From an uncultured Verrucomicrobiota bacterium (GTDB taxonomy: Bacteria > Verrucomicrobiota > Kiritimatiellia > CAIKKV01 > CAITUY01), in the NCBI GenBank assembly GCA_964535015.1, contig CAZHRU010000002.1, positions 2,215-66,214 of the forward strand: a stretch of DNA of 64,000 nucleotides. Direction: 5' to 3'. Every line of letters begins with the position of its first letter. The stretch's first letter is position 1. Both the position numbers and the translations under genes were made by a program. The notes under the pieces are model-generated. The model searched no databases. It was not told the origin of the DNA and was given only the letters and a program-made list of their open reading frames with translations. This document shows positions 44,309 to 53,070 of the stretch, piece by piece.

Positions 44309-44650
44309 TCAACCGATCGCCACTGAACCCGTCTCACCCGTCCGAATCCGCAGACATTCCTGCAAATCCAGAAGGAATATCTTTCCATCCCCCGTCTGCC
44401 CCGTACGCGCCCCCTGCACAATCGCATCCATGGCGGGTTTCACATACTCGTCGTTGACCGCAATTTCCAGTTTCACTTTCTTCAGCAACGTTCCGGCTTC
44501 CTTGTGACTCCGATAGATCTCCGCAATCCCCTTCTGCCGCCCCCGCCCAACCACATTGGAAACCGTCACCAGTTGAATGTCATTCGCCAGCAACAGGTTC
44601 AACACCTCGTCCAACCGGTCCGGTTGAATAATGGCTATAATGTATTTCAT
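44309..44650 (-). CDS. glnK: Nitrogen regulatory protein P-II
   Basis: 113 aa. MKYIIAIIQPDRLDEV, T-loop GRGRQKGIAEIYRS (Tyr present), TGQTGDGKIF, IRIRTGE. It lies directly downstream of amtB. Confidence 0.92.
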   Translation of the reverse strand: MKYIIAIIQPDRLDEVLNLLLANDIQLVTVSNVVGRGRQKGIAEIYRSHKEAGTLLKKVKLEIAVNDEYVKPAMDAIVQGARTGQTGDGKIFLLDLQECLRIRTGETGSVAIG

Positions 44651-44662
44651 ACGGTCTTCTCC

Positions 44663-46024
44663 TTAATCCAGTACGGTGTACCCCGCCTCGCGGTGCTGCG
44701 TCAGGTCCAGCCCGACCGCCTCCTCATGCGCATCCACACGAAGTCCAATAACAAAATCAATCACCTTGAACAACACCAGTGACATCACAAAGGAATACAC
44801 CATCGTGATCCCCACCGCCTTGACTTGAAGCCAGAGTTGCTCCGGGTTTCCATAGAACAACCCGTTGACACCCGCCGGATTGACCGCGCGCGTGGCCCAA
44901 ATTCCCACCGCCACCGTCCCCCAGATACCCCCGATTCCATGCACCCCAAAAGCATCCAGCGAGTCATCGTACTGGTACTTGGCCTTCAACGCCGTCACGG
45001 CCAGCCAGCAGATAACCCCCGACAAAAGCCCGATCCAAATCGCACCCGATAGCGCCACATACCCCGCTCCAGGCGTCACGGCGGCCAACCCTGCCACCGC
45101 CCCCGTAATCATTCCCAACGTCGTCGGCTTGCCAAACTTCACCCAGTCCAGAATCGACCAGACTAACCCCGCCGCCGCCCCCGCAATGTGCGTGCACAGG
45201 AACGCACTCACCGCCACACTGTTGGCCGCCAACGCACTGCCCGCATTGAATCCGAACCACCCAAACCACAACAGACCCGCCCCCAGAACCGCCACCGGCA
45301 AATTGTGCGGCGGCGAAATCGCATCCGGGAACCCCTTCCGCTTGCCCAACACAATGACCGCCGCCAATGCCGCCATGCCCGCATTGATGTGAACCACAAT
45401 CCCGCCCGCAAAATCCACCGCCCCCATCCCCCCCAACGTCCCGAGAGCCCCCCCCTGCCCCCACATCCAGTGCGTCACCGGATCATACACCAGCGTCGTC
45501 CACAACAAACTGAAGACTACAAACGCCGCAAACCGCATTCGTTCCGCAAAAGCCCCAATGATCAGGGCCGGCGTAATGACCGCAAACATCATCTGGAAAA
45601 CCACGAACGCCGTATGCGGTACCGTCGGAGCATAGGCCGATGCCCCCATCCCGACATTCTTCAACCCCACCCAGTCCAGACTACCCACAATCCCCCCCAG
45701 ATCCGGACCAAACGACAGACTGTACCCGCAAAACACCCATTGCAGGCTGATGACACTTAGCATCATGAAACATTGCATCAAGATCGAAAGCACATTCTTC
45801 CGGCGAACCAACCCGCCATAGAAAAAGGCCAACCCCGGCGTCATCAGCATCACTAACGCCGCCGCCAGCAATACCCAAACCGTATCCGCCCCGTTGATGA
45901 CAAGCCCCGCTCCCGTAGGCGCTGTCATCGAAAGCTCCTCTCCCGCCCATAACAGAGACGGCACCATTCCCATCAGCGCGACAACAACCATCCGCCATCC
46001 ATAAGCAATTCGCATAGCAAGCAC
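44663..46024 (-). CDS. amtB: Ammonium transporter
   Basis: About 11 TM segments. Motifs AVDFAGGIVVHINAG and DDSLDAFGVHGIGGIWG. The track start is GTG 46024; ATG 46015, which has AAGGTG upstream, is an equally good start. Confidence 0.92.
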   Translation of the reverse strand: MLAMRIAYGWRMVVVALMGMVPSLLWAGEELSMTAPTGAGLVINGADTVWVLLAAALVMLMTPGLAFFYGGLVRRKNVLSILMQCFMMLSVISLQWVFCGYSLSFGPDLGGIVGSLDWVGLKNVGMGASAYAPTVPHTAFVVFQMMFAVITPALIIGAFAERMRFAAFVVFSLLWTTLVYDPVTHWMWGQGGALGTLGGMGAVDFAGGIVVHINAGMAALAAVIVLGKRKGFPDAISPPHNLPVAVLGAGLLWFGWFGFNAGSALAANSVAVSAFLCTHIAGAAAGLVWSILDWVKFGKPTTLGMITGAVAGLAAVTPGAGYVALSGAIWIGLLSGVICWLAVTALKAKYQYDDSLDAFGVHGIGGIWGTVAVGIWATRAVNPAGVNGLFYGNPEQLWLQVKAVGITMVYSFVMSLVLFKVIDFVIGLRVDAHEEAVGLDLTQHREAGYTVLD

Positions 46025-46073
46025 CTTTCACTTTCCGTACCTGGAGATCAATCCGCACGGCCATGCTGGATCA

Positions 46074-46088
46074 GCAAAAGGCATACCA
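46074..46088 (-). promoter_or_regulatory. Candidate sigma54 (-24/-12) promoter for amtB-glnK
   Basis: Minus strand reads TGGTATGCCTTTTGC (46088..46074). This has the same GG/GC spacing as the TGGCACG-N4-TTGC consensus and lies about 50 nt upstream of the amtB start. A TGGTGCA half-site (minus strand, 46256..46250) sits about 165 nt further upstream. Confidence 0.4.
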
Positions 46089-46293
46089 ACTCTGCGGCAC
46101 CCTGGAGGAGTTATCCATTGTCGCGGTGACTACTGCTACACGCAAACGGCTTGCCTGCAACCCATTACGCTCCGCCATCCACAGTGATTACAAACTTCGC
46201 CTGGCAGGAATCACCGGCAGAGACCATTCAACGGCAACGACAAGTTTGTTGCACCAGGGAAAAAGCGCGACATATTTGAAACTGATTACCCGC

Positions 46294-47289
46294 TCAGTCC
46301 AAGCGCCCGCCACCGGTGAACATCTGCGATCGCACGAGACCGTGCCAGACAAGTCCCGCATCCCGCAACCCGGCACAAGCCGCCTTTCCGGGCGGACGGT
46401 ACACAAATCGGAACCCGGTAAAGTCCCGCAGTCCCGTAATGGATTGCGGAACTGCATCCCGCTTGCGCACAAACCACTCCGGCCTGCTTAAGTCCACTTG
46501 GACCGACGTCCCCTGGCCGGGTTTCAACACAATCACCTCCGCCTCCTCAGGTGGCGCCACCGCCTGATCTTTCCCCACCCATTCCCATGTCGTCACAACC
46601 CCTGTGTTCCGGATGGAGTCAGGTTCAAGCCGTAACCGACCGCCGGAGGCCGGATCCAACACCACCAGATCGTTCGAAGACACATTCATCAGCGTCACCA
46701 CCGCCGCCCGCACCTGCCGGTTGGTGTTGTTCTCCAACTTCAGGCTTATCCCTAATGGAGACCAGTGATGCGCCTTCAACACCGCCGTCCCGCCATGTCC
46801 CACCGCGATTTCCATGTCCAGGGCAACCCGCACATCACCGCGCACCCGCCCCGCCTCCATCTCCCGTCCCGCCCCCTGCTTCACAAAGTACGCCTCAATC
46901 CCATAGTTCACCGCCATCACGGGACTCCCGCTGTAAAAGTAACCGGTCCGCCCCCGCATGAACAAACCCTCATCCGGCTTCGTCCCCGTCAGGCGGCTCA
47001 CCGAACCAAACCCGTCCTCGTCACATGACAGGACCGCGTATGCCTTCCTGCCGCGATTCCACCGGTCCCCGCCGGCCAATAGATCCGCCGTAACGGCATT
47101 CGTGGCAACATGGTTGACCTCGTAGTCCAACCTCACGTAATCCCCGCGAAACGGATCCCGCGGATCCACCGGTTGCGTCCTCAAATAAACCGGCTTCCCC
47201 TTCAACACCACCCATTCCCGTTCGCCCGCCATAAACCCCAACACCAGAAGCTGGAATCCGACAGCCACCCCCATCAGAATCTTCCTCAT
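46294..47289 (-). CDS. GDYXXLXY-domain membrane-anchored protein with an extra ~170-aa C-terminal domain
   Basis: N-terminal TM segment (ILMGVAVGFQLLVLGFM). Exact family motif DPRDPFRGDYVRLDY (GDYVRLDY at nt 47122..47145). At 331 aa it is roughly twice the length I recall for this family. Confidence 0.75.
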   Translation of the reverse strand: MRKILMGVAVGFQLLVLGFMAGEREWVVLKGKPVYLRTQPVDPRDPFRGDYVRLDYEVNHVATNAVTADLLAGGDRWNRGRKAYAVLSCDEDGFGSVSRLTGTKPDEGLFMRGRTGYFYSGSPVMAVNYGIEAYFVKQGAGREMEAGRVRGDVRVALDMEIAVGHGGTAVLKAHHWSPLGISLKLENNTNRQVRAAVVTLMNVSSNDLVVLDPASGGRLRLEPDSIRNTGVVTTWEWVGKDQAVAPPEEAEVIVLKPGQGTSVQVDLSRPEWFVRKRDAVPQSITGLRDFTGFRFVYRPPGKAACAGLRDAGLVWHGLVRSQMFTGGGRLD

Positions 47290-48617
47290 GACACACCTCC
47301 CGCCGCCTTCTGCTTCTTCGCCCGGGAATAGACAACCCCCTCCACCAACAGAAGCGCACCCATCCCGACAAAAATCACCCCGCGTATCAGCAGACTATCA
47401 AACAGATCGAAATACCGTGCCACGATCACCAAAATCAACAGCACCGACCCCAGGAGCGTCGGACGGCTAATCCCTCGCCGGCATCCTATCGCCATCAGTG
47501 ACGCCGCTAACCCGATCAACACCAAATTGAACGGACCCGCCACCACCCAGTTGCCGAAACTCCTGAGATAGAACAAATCCGCCATCGCCAGGATCACCGA
47601 CATGGGCACCAGCATGATCTCAACACCCAGTTCGCCCTCGCGTCGCTCAACCGTCCCACGTACCCAGTCGCGCGCCAACAGGATCCAGGTCGCGGCGCAG
47701 GCAACCAGCGGAATACCCCAGTACACAAAATATGACCACGCCAGGCGACTCCGATCCCATCCGAAAAACTCGTGCGCGATCCGCGGAAAACTCATCAGAT
47801 AGAGAATCCCGATGTAAAGGCCCCACCCATATACCGCCAGCAATCCGCTGGCCTCAGGAAAGGAACCCCGGATCCGGACATGATACGACTTGGCTATCAT
47901 CAGCGCCGAAAGACTCAAAAGCACCGACAGGACCAGCCAGGGTTGCCCGCCGTCACGCGGCACCGCAAACGCATAGCTCAGAACCAATCCCGGCACCGCA
48001 ACGGCCAGCAACAAACGCGAACGCCGTAAGTACGCCAGGGGAATGATGACCAAAGCCAACAGCACCGGCGCTACATACATGGGACTGTAAAACTGCACCC
48101 GCTCGACCCCGCTCCAGATCACGAACAGGATCGCCGCCAGGATCGCCTGCGGAATCGACGGCATGGTAATGGCCATGGCCAGTGCCCCCACACCCCAGAT
48201 CAGGAACGCATTCGGGAAATGCTCATCAATGTGGTAGATCTGGGCCACCAGCCAAATCCCCGCCCCGAATAACATCGTCCCCAAAAGGCACAACCCCTCC
48301 CCGAGCGGACGCCGCCTCTCCTCTCCCCGGAATAGATGCAACCCGACCAGGTGCGCAATCAGAACACTCCCCAACACCAGCGTCAGTTTCTGGAACTTCG
48401 TGATGTCGGTCCAGTTGTACGCCAACAGCAGAATCACCCCAAGCCCCGCAATCACCGCTCCCAGCGATGAGAAGATAATCGTCCCCCACGCCACCGATGG
48501 CACGCAGGACGGATAGCGCCCAAGAATACCCGCTTTCTGCGCCTCACTTACCACCCCATCGCGCACCCACTGATCAACCTCTCTGCGCAACCATTCGACT
48601 TGCTTCTTTTCCGCCAC
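47286..48617 (-). CDS. Polytopic membrane protein, DUF2157/DUF4401-like
   Basis: The N-terminal soluble helix pattern (VEWLRREVDQWVRDGVVSEAQKAGILGRY) followed by about 12 TM segments matches my memory of DUF2157. ATGA overlap with the GDYXXLXY gene. Confidence 0.7.
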   Translation of the reverse strand: MAEKKQVEWLRREVDQWVRDGVVSEAQKAGILGRYPSCVPSVAWGTIIFSSLGAVIAGLGVILLLAYNWTDITKFQKLTLVLGSVLIAHLVGLHLFRGEERRRPLGEGLCLLGTMLFGAGIWLVAQIYHIDEHFPNAFLIWGVGALAMAITMPSIPQAILAAILFVIWSGVERVQFYSPMYVAPVLLALVIIPLAYLRRSRLLLAVAVPGLVLSYAFAVPRDGGQPWLVLSVLLSLSALMIAKSYHVRIRGSFPEASGLLAVYGWGLYIGILYLMSFPRIAHEFFGWDRSRLAWSYFVYWGIPLVACAATWILLARDWVRGTVERREGELGVEIMLVPMSVILAMADLFYLRSFGNWVVAGPFNLVLIGLAASLMAIGCRRGISRPTLLGSVLLILVIVARYFDLFDSLLIRGVIFVGMGALLLVEGVVYSRAKKQKAAGGVS

Positions 48618-48641
48618 CTGAGCCTCCTTCCCAACCCCACT

Positions 48642-51284
48642 TCAACCATTTCCCCTCAACAACCCCGCCACCACGTCCACCGCCTCGGCAATCTTGCCCG
48701 CCTCCTTGCCACCCGCCCGCGCCATCCCCGGCTGCCCGCCCCCACTGCCTCCCGCCACCTTGGCGACCTCCTTGACGAGTTTCCCCGCATGCACACCCTT
48801 CTTGATCAGATCGGGACTCACCGCGGCAATGAATTGCACCTTGCCTTCGCAGACCGCCCCCAACACCACCACCACCGACCCGACGCGGGCCAACACTGCC
48901 TCGGCCAACGTCTTGAGCCCATCCGACGATACCGCTCCGACATCAGCCGCCACCAGCGTCATCCCCTTGACTTCCCCCGCACCCGCCACCAACCCCTCCA
49001 GTTTCATCAGCGCCGCCGCCGTCTCCTGATCCTTGATCCGCTTCTCCAGCGACTTGATCTGCTCCGCCACCGCGTCCACGCGGTCACTCACCTCGGCCGG
49101 CGACACGCTGAACCGCTTGGCTAGTCCCTCCACCATCGTCCGGTCCCCGCACATCGCCTCGTACGCCGCCATCCCGGCCACCGCCTCGATACGCCGCACC
49201 CCCGACGCAATGGAACTCTCCGATAGGATCCGGAAACTCCCGATCGCCCCCGTCGCCGCCACGTGCGTACCGCCGCAAAGTTCACGACTGTACCCGCCGA
49301 CATTGACCACCCTGACCGTGTCCCCATACTTTTCATCGAAGATCGCCACAATTCCCGAACCCGGCACGTCCTTCAACGCCATCTCGGAGGTCGTCACCAA
49401 GGCATTGCCCACCACCATCTCATTGACCTGCCGCTCCACCGCCGCGATTTGCTCCGGCGTCAACGCCTGGAAATACGAAAAGTCAAATCTCAACCGGTCC
49501 GGTCCCACCTGCGACCCCGCCTGCTTGATACTGCCGCTGACCACCCCTTTCAGCGCATGCTGCAACAGATGCGTTGCCGTGTGGTGCCGGGCCACCGCCG
49601 CCCTTCGTTCACCATTGACCCTGGCGGTCACCGTCGCGCCTTTCTTCAGGCTCCCCCGGATCATCCGCCCGACGTGCAGTACAATCCCCTCCGTCGGCAC
49701 CCGCGTATCCGTGACCTCAAACTCGCCCTCGGCAGACACAAGAACCCCCTGATCCCCAACCTGCCCGCCTTTTTCGGCATAGAACGGCGTCTCGCTCATC
49801 AACACGGCACCTTCCGCGCCCTCCCCTAGAACCCCCGCCAACACACTGCCCCCGCCATCCCGACGCACCAACACCTCCAGAACCTGCGCCGCCCCTTCCC
49901 CCTGAGTATACCCAGTGAACTTCGTCTTGATCCCACGCGCCACCAGGTCCGACACCAAATCCGCATCCGCATCCGTGGTCGCCGCCTTGCGCGCATCGCG
50001 CGCCCGCTTGCGCTGTTCCTCCATCAACTCCGCAAACCGGGCCTCATCCACCGTCAATCCCTTTTCCCGTGCCATTACCACCGTCAAGTCCAGCGGGAAT
50101 CCATAGGTGTCGTAGAGTTTGAATGCATCCCCTCCGGGAAACACCTTCCCGTTCCCTTTCGCCACCCCCGCGACCCCTTCTTCAAATAACGCCAACCCGC
50201 GGTCCAAGGTGGTGGAGAAACTCTCCTCCTCCGCCAAAATCGCCCGCGCAATCTCAGCACGGTGCTGCACCAACTCGGGATAAACCCGCCCCATGCACGC
50301 CTCCAACGTCGGCAATAACCCCGTCATGAACGGTTTCGTATACCCGATCTTCCGCCCATACCGGACCGCCCGCCTCAGCAACCGCCGCAACACATATCCA
50401 CGCCCGTCGTTCGACGGCGCCACCCCGTCCCCAATCGCAAACGCCAGCGTCCGCAGATGATCGGCGATCACCCGCATCGCCACCGCACTGTCGCCCGTGT
50501 ACGGATGCCCGGTCTCCCCGGCCATTTTCAGAATCAGCGGCTGGAAAATATCCGTGTCATAGTTCGACGTCTTCCCCTGAATCACCGATACCACTCGCTC
50601 AAGGCCCATCCCGGTGTCCACGTGCTTCGCCGGCAGTTCCTCCAGCGACCCGTCCTGCCGCCGGTTGTACTGGATGAAGACGTGATTCCATATCTCGATC
50701 ACCTCCTGCAACCCCGCATTGATCATGGCCGCCGTACACCCGTTCTCCGTCCGGTCATAATGGATCTCCGAACAGGGCCCGCACGGCCCCGTCTCGCCCA
50801 TCTCCCAGAAGTTGTCCTTCTCCGCAAACTTCAGGATGTGCGTGGGATCAATATCCGTGACTTCCTTCCAGATCGCAATGGCCTCATCATCGTTCTTGTA
50901 GACCGTCGCCCACAGGCGGTTCTTGGGCAACCCCCAGACCTTCGTCAACAGTTCCCACCCCCAAGCAATGGATTCCCGCTTGTAGTAGTCGCCAAACGAC
51001 CAGTTCCCCAACATCTCGAAGAACGTGTGGTGATACGTGTCGTAACCCACCTCTTCCAGATCGTTGTGCTTGCCGCTCACCCGGATGCACTTCTGCGAAT
51101 TTGCCACACGCCGGTATTGGCTGGCCCGCGCCCCCAGGAAGATCTCCTTGAACTGGTTCATGCCCGCGTTCACGAACAACAGGGTCGGATCCGCCTGCAG
51201 GACCACGGGAGAACTGGGAACGATCTCATGCCCCTTGCTTTTGAAAAAGTCCGTAAACGATTGTCTGATTTCAGCCGCCGTCAT
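48642..51284 (-). CDS. alaS: Alanine--tRNA ligase
   Basis: Start trimmed to ATG 51284 (MTAAEIRQSFTDFFKSKGHE). Motifs HHTFFEMLGNWSFGDYYK and the editing-domain HTATHLLQHAL. C-terminal DHHA1-like region. Confidence 0.95.
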   Translation of the reverse strand: MTAAEIRQSFTDFFKSKGHEIVPSSPVVLQADPTLLFVNAGMNQFKEIFLGARASQYRRVANSQKCIRVSGKHNDLEEVGYDTYHHTFFEMLGNWSFGDYYKRESIAWGWELLTKVWGLPKNRLWATVYKNDDEAIAIWKEVTDIDPTHILKFAEKDNFWEMGETGPCGPCSEIHYDRTENGCTAAMINAGLQEVIEIWNHVFIQYNRRQDGSLEELPAKHVDTGMGLERVVSVIQGKTSNYDTDIFQPLILKMAGETGHPYTGDSAVAMRVIADHLRTLAFAIGDGVAPSNDGRGYVLRRLLRRAVRYGRKIGYTKPFMTGLLPTLEACMGRVYPELVQHRAEIARAILAEEESFSTTLDRGLALFEEGVAGVAKGNGKVFPGGDAFKLYDTYGFPLDLTVVMAREKGLTVDEARFAELMEEQRKRARDARKAATTDADADLVSDLVARGIKTKFTGYTQGEGAAQVLEVLVRRDGGGSVLAGVLGEGAEGAVLMSETPFYAEKGGQVGDQGVLVSAEGEFEVTDTRVPTEGIVLHVGRMIRGSLKKGATVTARVNGERRAAVARHHTATHLLQHALKGVVSGSIKQAGSQVGPDRLRFDFSYFQALTPEQIAAVERQVNEMVVGNALVTTSEMALKDVPGSGIVAIFDEKYGDTVRVVNVGGYSRELCGGTHVAATGAIGSFRILSESSIASGVRRIEAVAGMAAYEAMCGDRTMVEGLAKRFSVSPAEVSDRVDAVAEQIKSLEKRIKDQETAAALMKLEGLVAGAGEVKGMTLVAADVGAVSSDGLKTLAEAVLARVGSVVVVLGAVCEGKVQFIAAVSPDLIKKGVHAGKLVKEVAKVAGGSGGGQPGMARAGGKEAGKIAEAVDVVAGLLRGNG

Positions 51285-51451
51285 TGTTGCGCCACCCATC
51301 TCAGCCTTCCTTTCTACAATCAAAACGGGAAAATATGTGGGTGGCCCCCACGAAGGTCAAGCGTCGAGTTGCGACCTTCCACCCCTGGCAGGGTCATTTC
51401 ATCTGCTCGAGACGTCACGCGGTCGCCCGTAAGCACACGCGGCCGCCGTCT

Positions 51452-52042
51452 TCATTCACGGGGATTTCCTGCACCCGCCGGGGAATCACCCTGCTTCGTC
51501 ATCGCTTCGTCCCACTTCCCCATGCACGGAGGACACATCCCGCGGCCTTTTATATCCAGGTCGTCCATCGCCGGAGACGCACACAACACACAGGTGAATA
51601 ACGGACACGGCTTCATCCCCAGCATCAGCCCCAGACCCTCCATGCTCTCCTTCTCCACCCGCCGGATCCATTGCTCAGCCTGATCCTTGCCCGCCACACT
51701 CAACGCACCCACACTGACCACCACCGCCTTGTCCTTCGCCAGGGAACGCCTCCCGCCCATTCCCGTCAATCCCTCCGCCAGGACCAGCACCGCCGCGGTG
51801 TTGCCTTTTACTCTTTCCTTGCCCAGTTCATGAACCGCCTGCAACGTCAACTGCACCGGCGGAACAAACGTGCCGGCATTGGTCACCGGTAACAACTGCT
51901 GGCTCACCAAGCTGATCACCCGCTCCTTCATTGTGGCATCCACCATCCCCACCGAATAAAGGGATATCGTCCTCTCGCCAGCCCCCGCCACGCTCGCCAT
52001 CACCGCCACCAACACTGCCATCCATGTCGACTTCACGTTCAT
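51452..52042 (-). CDS. Secreted archaemetzincin (M54)-like protein with a degenerate active site (predicted pseudo-peptidase)
   Basis: Signal peptide MNVKSTWMAVLVAVMASVAGAG. The C-terminal segment RRVEKESMEGLGLMLGMKPCPLFTCVLCASPAMDDLDIKGRGMCPPC (core at nt 51524..51640) aligns to the recalled signature HEXXHXXGX3CX4CXMX17CXXC. It reads EGLGL in place of HEXXH and Pro in place of the third His, while the C-x4-C...C-x2-C cysteines are retained. Confidence 0.6.
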   Translation of the reverse strand: MNVKSTWMAVLVAVMASVAGAGERTISLYSVGMVDATMKERVISLVSQQLLPVTNAGTFVPPVQLTLQAVHELGKERVKGNTAAVLVLAEGLTGMGGRRSLAKDKAVVVSVGALSVAGKDQAEQWIRRVEKESMEGLGLMLGMKPCPLFTCVLCASPAMDDLDIKGRGMCPPCMGKWDEAMTKQGDSPAGAGNPRE

Positions 52043-52070
52043 CCTCAGTCCCTCCCCTGCATTTCCACAT

Positions 52071-52105
52071 AAAAAAGGAGGCGAAAACCCACGGCCTCCG
52101 CCTCC
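52071..52105 (-). terminator. Rho-independent terminator-like hairpin after the corrinoid protein gene
   Basis: Minus strand reads GGAGGCG (52105..52099), a 15-nt loop, CGCCTCC (52083..52077), then TTTTTT (52076..52071). It starts 21 nt after the stop. Confidence 0.5.
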
Positions 52106-52125
52106 TGACTGACTCTCGTCTTGGC

Positions 52126-52761
52126 TTACTTCGCCAGAACTTTGGCCAGATCCGCCGCCGAGGCCGCATCCGGAGCATACCCGTGCGCCCCGATTTCGTC
52201 GCAGAACGCCTGCGTCACCGGCGCGCCACCGATCATCACCTTAACCTTGTCGGCCACATCCGACTTCTTCACCGTATCCACAACCTCCTTCATGTTGGTC
52301 ATGGTCGTCGTCAACAACGCCGAGGCACCGATCAAGGTCGCGTTGTTCGCCTTGGCCAACTCGACAAACCGCGCGGGCTCCACATTGATCCCCGCGTCAA
52401 TCACCTTGAACCCAGCCCCTTCCAGCATCATCCCCACCAGGTTCTTGCCGATGTCGTGCAGGTCGCCCTTGACCGTGCCAATCACCACCACGCCGCGCGG
52501 CTCGACTTTCGCCGCCGCCAACGCCGGCTTCAACAGTTCCATGCCGGATTTCATCGCCCGTGCCGCAATCAACACCTCGGGCACATACACTTCGTTCTTC
52601 TTGAACCGTTCACCAATCACGCTCATCCCCCCCAGCAACCCTTTGTTCAGGATGTCCGCCGGAGCAATCTTCTCGTCCAGCGCCTTCTGCACCAGCGCCT
52701 TGACGTCATTGGCTTTGCCCTTCATCAAATTCTCTTTGATCTGCTCAAGAATCGCACTCAT
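52126..52761 (-). CDS. Corrinoid (cobalamin)-binding protein, MtaC/MtbC-like two-domain type
   Basis: 211 aa. N-terminal helical cap domain plus a Rossmann B12-binding domain with the DxHxxG motif (GDLHDIGKNLV), SALLTTTM and MIGGAP. Confidence 0.85.
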   Translation of the reverse strand: MSAILEQIKENLMKGKANDVKALVQKALDEKIAPADILNKGLLGGMSVIGERFKKNEVYVPEVLIAARAMKSGMELLKPALAAAKVEPRGVVVIGTVKGDLHDIGKNLVGMMLEGAGFKVIDAGINVEPARFVELAKANNATLIGASALLTTTMTNMKEVVDTVKKSDVADKVKVMIGGAPVTQAFCDEIGAHGYAPDAASAADLAKVLAK

Positions 52762-53070
52762 CGAATCTCCCTTTCGCTTATTCAGTTCTGTTAGTTACAC
52801 ATCTCTGCTTCAAAAAACAGCATGACTCTATCAATGCCGCCACGAAACAAATAGACTCTTCTGGCTGAAAGTTATAACGATATTGCTGCTACTCGAGAGT
52901 ATAGTGATTACCGCCACTGGGGCCCGGCTTCCACAAGACAGGCTTCCAACCTTGACTTGGCGCACCTTTATCAGCTATTTTCGAGAACTGATGTAGCCCC
53001 CTGGGCAAAACCAACAGCAGCCAACTCCTGACACTTTACGCACTTCTTGCCCTGACACAAGAGACACCCT

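Noticed and set aside
50457-51683. 408-aa plus-strand ORF.
   Set aside because: It is antisense to alaS, which has unambiguous class II aaRS motifs. It is an Arg/Pro/His-rich shadow ORF.
52762-53070. Cobalamin riboswitch in the long intergenic region next to the corrinoid protein gene.
   Set aside because: Only a GCCACTG-like box (around 52911..52917, plus strand) is present. I could not find the accompanying conserved GGGAA / GGTG..AA..CC core or a B12-box of the AGYCMGGAGACCKGCC type on either strand. This needs an Rfam RF00174 scan and is not supportable by eye.
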